Source of the DNA: Hypanus sabinus
Lineage: Eukaryota
DNA: 64,000 bases
Direction: 5' to 3'
Assembly (NCBI RefSeq): GCF_030144855.1
Contig: NC_082722.1
Coordinates: forward strand, 27,776,001 to 27,840,000
The notes under the pieces: model-generated
Told to the model about the DNA's origin: nothing
The model's database searches: none
Seen by the model: the letters and a program-made list of their open reading frames with translations, nothing else
Position numbers and translations under genes: made by a program
Shown: piece by piece, positions 58,930 to 64,000 of the stretch
Numbering within the stretch: the first letter of the stretch is position 1
Layout: the number at the start of each line of letters is the position of its first letter

Positions 58930-59710
58930 TTCCTCTACCAGTAAGTATGTGAAATGCAAGAGGATACGCCGCTGGAGAACAGGAGCAATCAGGGGTGACA
59001 GTGCTAAAGTGTACATGGAAGCACAGGAGATAGTAGAAGTACTTAATGCGTAGTTGGCATCAGTATTCACTACGGTAAAGGATCTTGGCGATTGTAGGGA
59101 TGACTTACAGCGGACTGAAAAGCTTGAGCATGTAAATATTAAGAAACATCCTGTCCTGGAGCTTTGGGAAAACACCAAGTTGGATAAGTCACCGGGACCG
59201 GACGGGATGTACCTCAGGCTACTGAGGGAGCCTCTAGCGATGACCTTTGCATCATCAATGGGGAAGTTCCGGAAGATTAATCTTGTCCCTTTATTCAAGA
59301 AAGGGAGTAGGGATAGTGTAGGAAATTATAGGCCAGTGAGTCTTGCTTCAGTGGTTGGTAAGTTGATGGACAAGATCCTGAAAGGCAGGATTTAGTAACA
59401 GTTGGAGAGGCATCATATGATTATGAGTAGTCAGCATGGCTTTATCAAAGGCAGGCCGTGCCTTACGAGCCTGATTGAATTTTCTGAGGTTGCGACTAAA
59501 CACATTGATGAAGGTAGAGCATTGGAAGTAATGTATATGGATTACAGCAGGGCTTTTGACAAGGTACTCCATGCAAGGCTTATTGAAAAAATAAGGAGGC
59601 ATTGGATTCAAGGGGGCATTGCCGTGTGGATCCGGAACTGGCTTTCCCACAGAAGGCAAAGTGTGGTTAAAGACGGTTCATATTCTGCATGGAGGTCCAT
59701 CCAGTGGCCT
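58930..59710 (+). mobile_element. CR1 RT fragment in a gene B intron
   Basis: KSPGPDG, YRPVSLAS, SQHGF and D-x-S-x-AFDKV motifs. Confidence 0.85.
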
Positions 59711-59900
59711 GGTGAAACAGTTGAATTTTAAGATTAAGCATGCATTTTGCCAGAATAATATCACTGAAATCCGGCTTTGAAAATCGCGATCCATGCCCAA
59801 TCACTCTGTAAATGTCATTTACTGTTTTGAATTTAAATGTCATTAACACTTCTATTTTGTACCAATAGAGGTGAGGTTTCTCAGCGATCAGTGTTCTTAC

Positions 59901-59999
59901 CGGGCGATCTCTTTAACTTGAGTATCAGCAAAACTATTATCAGAACTAAAATTGCCGATCCGCCCACTGCACATGCGAGAATCAATCTGGTATCAGCGC
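59901..59999 (-). CDS. Gene B: intact transmembrane exon
   Basis: tttctttttcaag|(G)ADTRLILACAVGGSAILVLIIVLLILKLKRSP|gtaaga; 99 nt, phase 1-1; no charged residue within the TM. Confidence 0.85.
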
Positions 60000-61179
60000 C
60001 TTGAAAAAGAAACCGTGAAGCATTTATACATTTAAAAACAAATCCACACATGAGAATCAACAATGCAAACTATTATATCGAGTCCTTTCAAATCTCACTA
60101 CACACTGATAGGAAAATGGTAGAATATACAGTATAGAACAAAGAAATCTGGTTTTTAGTTTCTCCAGACACATTCCAGCTATTTACGATGACTAAGAATA
60201 GGCTCGGCTGGTTTTTCAAATACTTCTCTTGATAATAGATATCAGCATAACAACTGAACGTGTAATCATCCAACCGAACACACGTCTGATCTCGATTCAA
60301 CCTTTTAAGTCACGTCTGTCAAGGACATTCTTTTGTACAATCAAGCCCCTGTAGATAACTTGTAGACTCGCCAAAGGAGTCCCAGTGCAGCAACAAATCG
60401 CTCAATGCTGAAATCACACGTAACTTCACGAGTTTATAACACTGAACCCTCCAAGCCTCCTGAATGTGTATCGAACATGTTAAACGTATTTTCCCACTGT
60501 TATGTTTTCCACAGCTTTATGAGGGACAAACCAGAATTAATGGAAAACAGCATAATGAAAACATAGATAAACACGAGTCATCCATTTCAGCTGTGTTGCC
60601 CACTATTATTGGAATTCAATTACGCAGAGACTGAATTTTGTCAAAGTCTGTTCATAATTTCGCTCCCTATGCATTCATTCCAGGTGGCAATTAAGTGTCA
60701 CGCCTTAGTGTTCAGGAATTCCTACCTTGATTCTGATTTTGCCCCATGTCCACATTTTTCGGGTTAAACAATATCAATTAATTACACCTTCACTCACCAG
60801 CAGATGGTTTCTCCCTTTGTTATATCACCATGCGATTTAGAGTTTAAGTTCTGCATTGTCTCATCTTTGACAAATGTCCGGAAGTTTGTTACCTTACACG
60901 TACTACAAGATATCAACTACTAATTCATCCTACACGATTTAAACTGGGGGTATAAGACATTTGTTTTTAAACACTATTCACATTGAATGCTGAAAGTTAG
61001 ATTCTATTATTGGGCAATGAATATTCAATACTTAACGGTCTGGACAAAAGAATTGGATGAAATTCAGTGTCCACGTTGAGTGAACCTCGAGTGCGAGCCT
61101 GTAAAGCGGTTCCCTTTGGCTTCTATTTTAGGGGCCTCGCTTCCCTTTGCACTTACTAAACTGAATAGACAAACCACTA

Positions 61180-61815
61180 GTCCAATAACTAAACATGCAA
61201 TACGAATATGGTTTCAAATTCGTAAATTTTTGGGTTGAATAAATTGATCCTATCAAATTTATCTAATTTTTCTTCCAACCATCCAGAACTGATCAAGCCT
61301 GTCTTTTATGGAAAACGAAGGGAATAACATGCTTTCGTGTTTTATTCATGGGAAACTGTCTTATGCCTTCTGAACAGTTGTCTAATAAATATAATTTGCC
61401 TAGATCACATTTTTCAGATATTTACAGATTAGAAACGTTTTGAATATTATTTTATCTACTTTTCTGATCCGACAACAAACTGAAATTACGGGACAAAAAT
61501 TATGTTTAAACCCCTATCAGAAGAGTTTCATAGCAATTATTTATGATCTGATTACGAAAATACTTCTAGGTACATCTGATAAAATTAAGAATGAATGGGA
61601 AAGAACTTTAGGTATCTTTACCCACAGAGAAATGGAAGAAAATACTCCAACTTGTTAACACTTCAATTTCTGCTAGGGACGCTTTGATACAATTTAAGGT
61701 GGTTCATATGGCCCATATGTCTAAGGATAAATTAATTCGTTTTTTAATGTCATATAAATCCTCTCTGTGACAGCTGTAATTCTGAGGTGGCTTCCTTGAT
61801 GCATATGTTCTGGTC
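61180..61815 (+). mobile_element. L1-clade LINE ORF2 C-terminal fragment
   Basis: FEQLSNKYNLPRSHF.RYLQIR and LIQFKVVH...C-x-x-C...HMFW (zf-RVT-like) remnants. Confidence 0.75.
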
Positions 61816-61850
61816 CTGATGTTCACGACGCAATCAAAACACCATTTTAC

Positions 61851-61900
61851 CTTGCTCCAGGATGTAGCTGAAATTGACAGGTACCCTGAGGGAGACATGC
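61851..61900 (-). pseudogene. Orphan 3' 50 nt of a second C1 exon with its donor
   Basis: gcatgtctccctcagggtacctgtcaatttcagctacatcctggagcaag|gtaaaa closely parallels the end of 62298-62591; followed by a second diverged copy of the post-C1 intron (~60780-61170). Confidence 0.75.
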
Positions 61901-62297
61901 TTTATCATATTTTTAACAAATGTCCAGAAGTTTGCTACCTTACAACTATTGCACAATTTCAACCTTTTCATTCGTGCTACACGATTTACACCGATGGGAA
62001 CAACACATTAGCTTTTGAACACCTTTCACGTTTACTATTCACTCTCAATTTCTGATCTTTGAAATTAGCCATTCTTCCGTGGTAGCTGTTCAGTTACTGT
62101 TCTTACATGGTCACAGTGACCCCACCACTATCACTTGTAAGCGCTTCCATCTTATATTGAGCGCAAAAGTTTTGAACATGCTGATATTCAGAGTTCTACA
62201 GCAAATCCTAGAAGAACTCAGCCGATCAGGTGGATCTAAAATATCGACATTAAGGGGCGAGACAAAACCTCGTGACATCATCAAGACACAATCTTAC

Positions 62298-62591
62298 CTT
62301 GCTCCAGGATGTAGCTGAAACTTGCAGACACCGGGAGGGAGACATGCGACACCAGGCAGGTGTAAACATCCTTTCCCCAAGCAGACTGCGTGATTTCCAT
62401 TAAACTACAAGCTTCGTACATGCCATCCACGCTCCGGTTTGTCACACTTTCTATTCCAGTGCAAATTTCTTCGTTATTTCTTCGCCAAACGACTTCTAAT
62501 TTCTCCGGGAAGAAGGCAGCCGTTTTACAAAGGAGCTTTCGAGGAGACGAAAACCCTCCAATAGGAACAATTTCCAATGGAGTTGGAGGAG
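62298..62591 (-). CDS. Gene B: intact C1-set Ig exon (SIRP/NCR3LG1-like)
   Basis: ttactcaag|APPTPLEIVPIGGFSSPRKLLCKTAAFFPEKLEVVWRRNNEEICTGIESVTNRSVDGMYEACSLMEITQSAWGKDVYTCLVSHVSLPVSASFSYILEQ|gtaaga; 294 nt, phase 1-1; B-strand Cys, F(Y)P, C-strand Trp and YxCxVxH signature. Confidence 0.9.
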
Positions 62592-64000
62592 CTTGAGTAA
62601 AAACAAAGTTATATTGGGTATTTCTGATCCATTTCAATGCAGGTAGATTCATTTATCTCTCCGCCAACTAACAGGGCACTTTTACAATCAAATGAGTTAT
62701 CCGCCAGTATTAACAAATATTTAATAAATTCATTCAATATCATGTTCTGTTTATTGTTGCTCAACCATACGCACACACCGCTAAGCGAAACATTGTTCTT
62801 CTGGGGCCAAGTTGTAAAATACAGTACAGTATATATAATCACACACAGCACACGTAGCTACCATCCAGAACAGTCACTGAATAAGCAGGATAAATACAGT
62901 CACACTCGGAGACGAATAAAAGGAAGAGTTCAGAGAATACACCTCGACGGCGAAGCTAAGAGGTCCGAAATGAGGAAGAGATTCTCTTTTGAATGGTATT
63001 TTAGCTCTTTTGCACAGCTGGGCTTGCGGCGGGCGTTAGCTTTGGAAAGCTGGCTACTTTTGGATTTTGCATTTCGTATCAAGACTGAGCTACAAAACCC
63101 AAAATATCACAGATTTCTATAGTACGAAAGCACATGGAGTTTAATATTCTGGTTGGTCAACTGCTTAGGGAGTGTTCCAGGTCTTGGGATTGAGCTTTCC
63201 AGTCAGAAACATTCAGTAATAGAGCTTTCCCCGGAATGTGAACCATTCCAGCAACAGATCCCCCGTATTGAATGTGGCAAAACACCTCCTCCGTGAAACA
63301 GCCAGGAACGCAAATGCAAACTGATATAGTTCCATTCTTTCTAAAACCTGAATTCCTGCAGCAGAATTGTCGATAGTGACTTGGCACAGCTATAGGATCG
63401 TTTCCGGAAATGATGAGTCCATTTTTAAGGTTTTGTAAACGTGGACTGCTTCCGCTACAGCTATGGTCGGTGTCTGACATGGGAGATTCAATAGTTAGAT
63501 TGCTTTATCTGCTTATCACAGTAGTTAGGATTTCGCTGTGCCTAAAATAGCCATCCGGAGCTCACCGTTACCCGACTCCACTTCCCACGCCTATACCGAC
63601 GTCAACGTACTTGGACTTCTCAAACTCTAGGTGAAAGACAATCCTATGGGGGGGGAACAAAGGGCTTCTGCAGATACACTCAGCATAAAGGGATAGCGAC
63701 AGAACAGATTGATCCATCTGAAGATCAGCGGGTTCAACAATGCATGCAGCCGAAAGAGATGGGGGGATATCTGATACATATCCATTTGTATTTATTCGGG
63801 AGACGTACACAGAGACTCTACAACTAAGGAAAACCAGAAGCAATTTCATGACCCATATACGGATTAGAGCTTTGAGGCAAATTAGGGTGCAGAACTCCCC
63901 AAACATGCCAAGGTGTCCCATTTGACCTCGTTGGAAGCTACTGCAGAAAGTGAAAGGGCCCCGATAGAGTTATTCAGAATATCCTTACTTGTGGGTGATG
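62592..64000 (-). repeat. Inverted paralog of 21640-23130 (region upstream of the C1 exons)
   Basis: Colinear similarity throughout (e.g. gagctccggatggctatt, gacaccgaccatagctgtagc, gggagacgtacacagagact). Confidence 0.85.

Noticed and set aside
58833-59298. N-terminal part of the 208-aa minus-strand ORF
   Set aside because: Antisense reading of a CR1 RT fragment; only the part after the AG at 58833 is considered.
62637-63122. 161-aa plus-strand ORF
   Set aside because: Antisense to gene B's intron, not conserved as an ORF in paralog A, no motif.
63157-63480. 107-aa ORF as a possible V domain (…FCHIQYGG…LLLNVSD)
   Set aside because: Lacks the B-strand Cys/C-strand Trp spacing and the D-x-G-x-Y-x-C motif; the A paralog has stops and does not keep the Cys.
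1-64000. V(D)J recombination signal sequences near the Ig exons
   Set aside because: Isolated CACAGTG/CACTGTG heptamers occur (e.g. ~23829, ~62114) but the ones checked have no ACAAAAACC-like nonamer at 12 or 23 nt; no V, D or J segments were seen.
1-64000. CRISPR array, rRNA, tRNA or prokaryotic operon features
   Set aside because: No regularly spaced direct repeats or recognisable structural RNA; the DNA is clearly intron-containing vertebrate sequence.

Overview
Eukaryotic vertebrate genomic DNA, most likely from a cartilaginous fish (ray or shark). This is inferred from the repeat repertoire and the spliced Ig-superfamily and makorin sequences; no rRNA, tRNA or CRISPR features were seen. 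Roughly half the window is retroelements: many CR1 LINE copies (one essentially full length at ~50.7-55.1 kb), Rex1/Babar, L1, Penelope, an RTE-type SINE, Gypsy-type LTR remnants and a very young internally deleted BEL/Pao element. 1-17 kb is CpG-poor host DNA with an orphan adhesion-GPCR (ADGRG-like) TM1 exon and an unidentified exon. 21.6-64 kb holds three paralogous spliced genes (here A and C on +, B on -) encoding a C1-set Ig domain, an uncharged TM and Tyr-motif (ITIM/ITSM-like) tails, i.e. SIRP/NCR3LG1(B7-H6)-like receptors. A and C are disrupted; B's visible exons are intact. No V-set exon could be found for any of them. A MKRN1 processed pseudogene with polyA and TSD, apparently from a short RING-less isoform, sits inside a CR1. 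All alignments and counts were done by eye, so repeat boundaries are approximate and family names need database confirmation.
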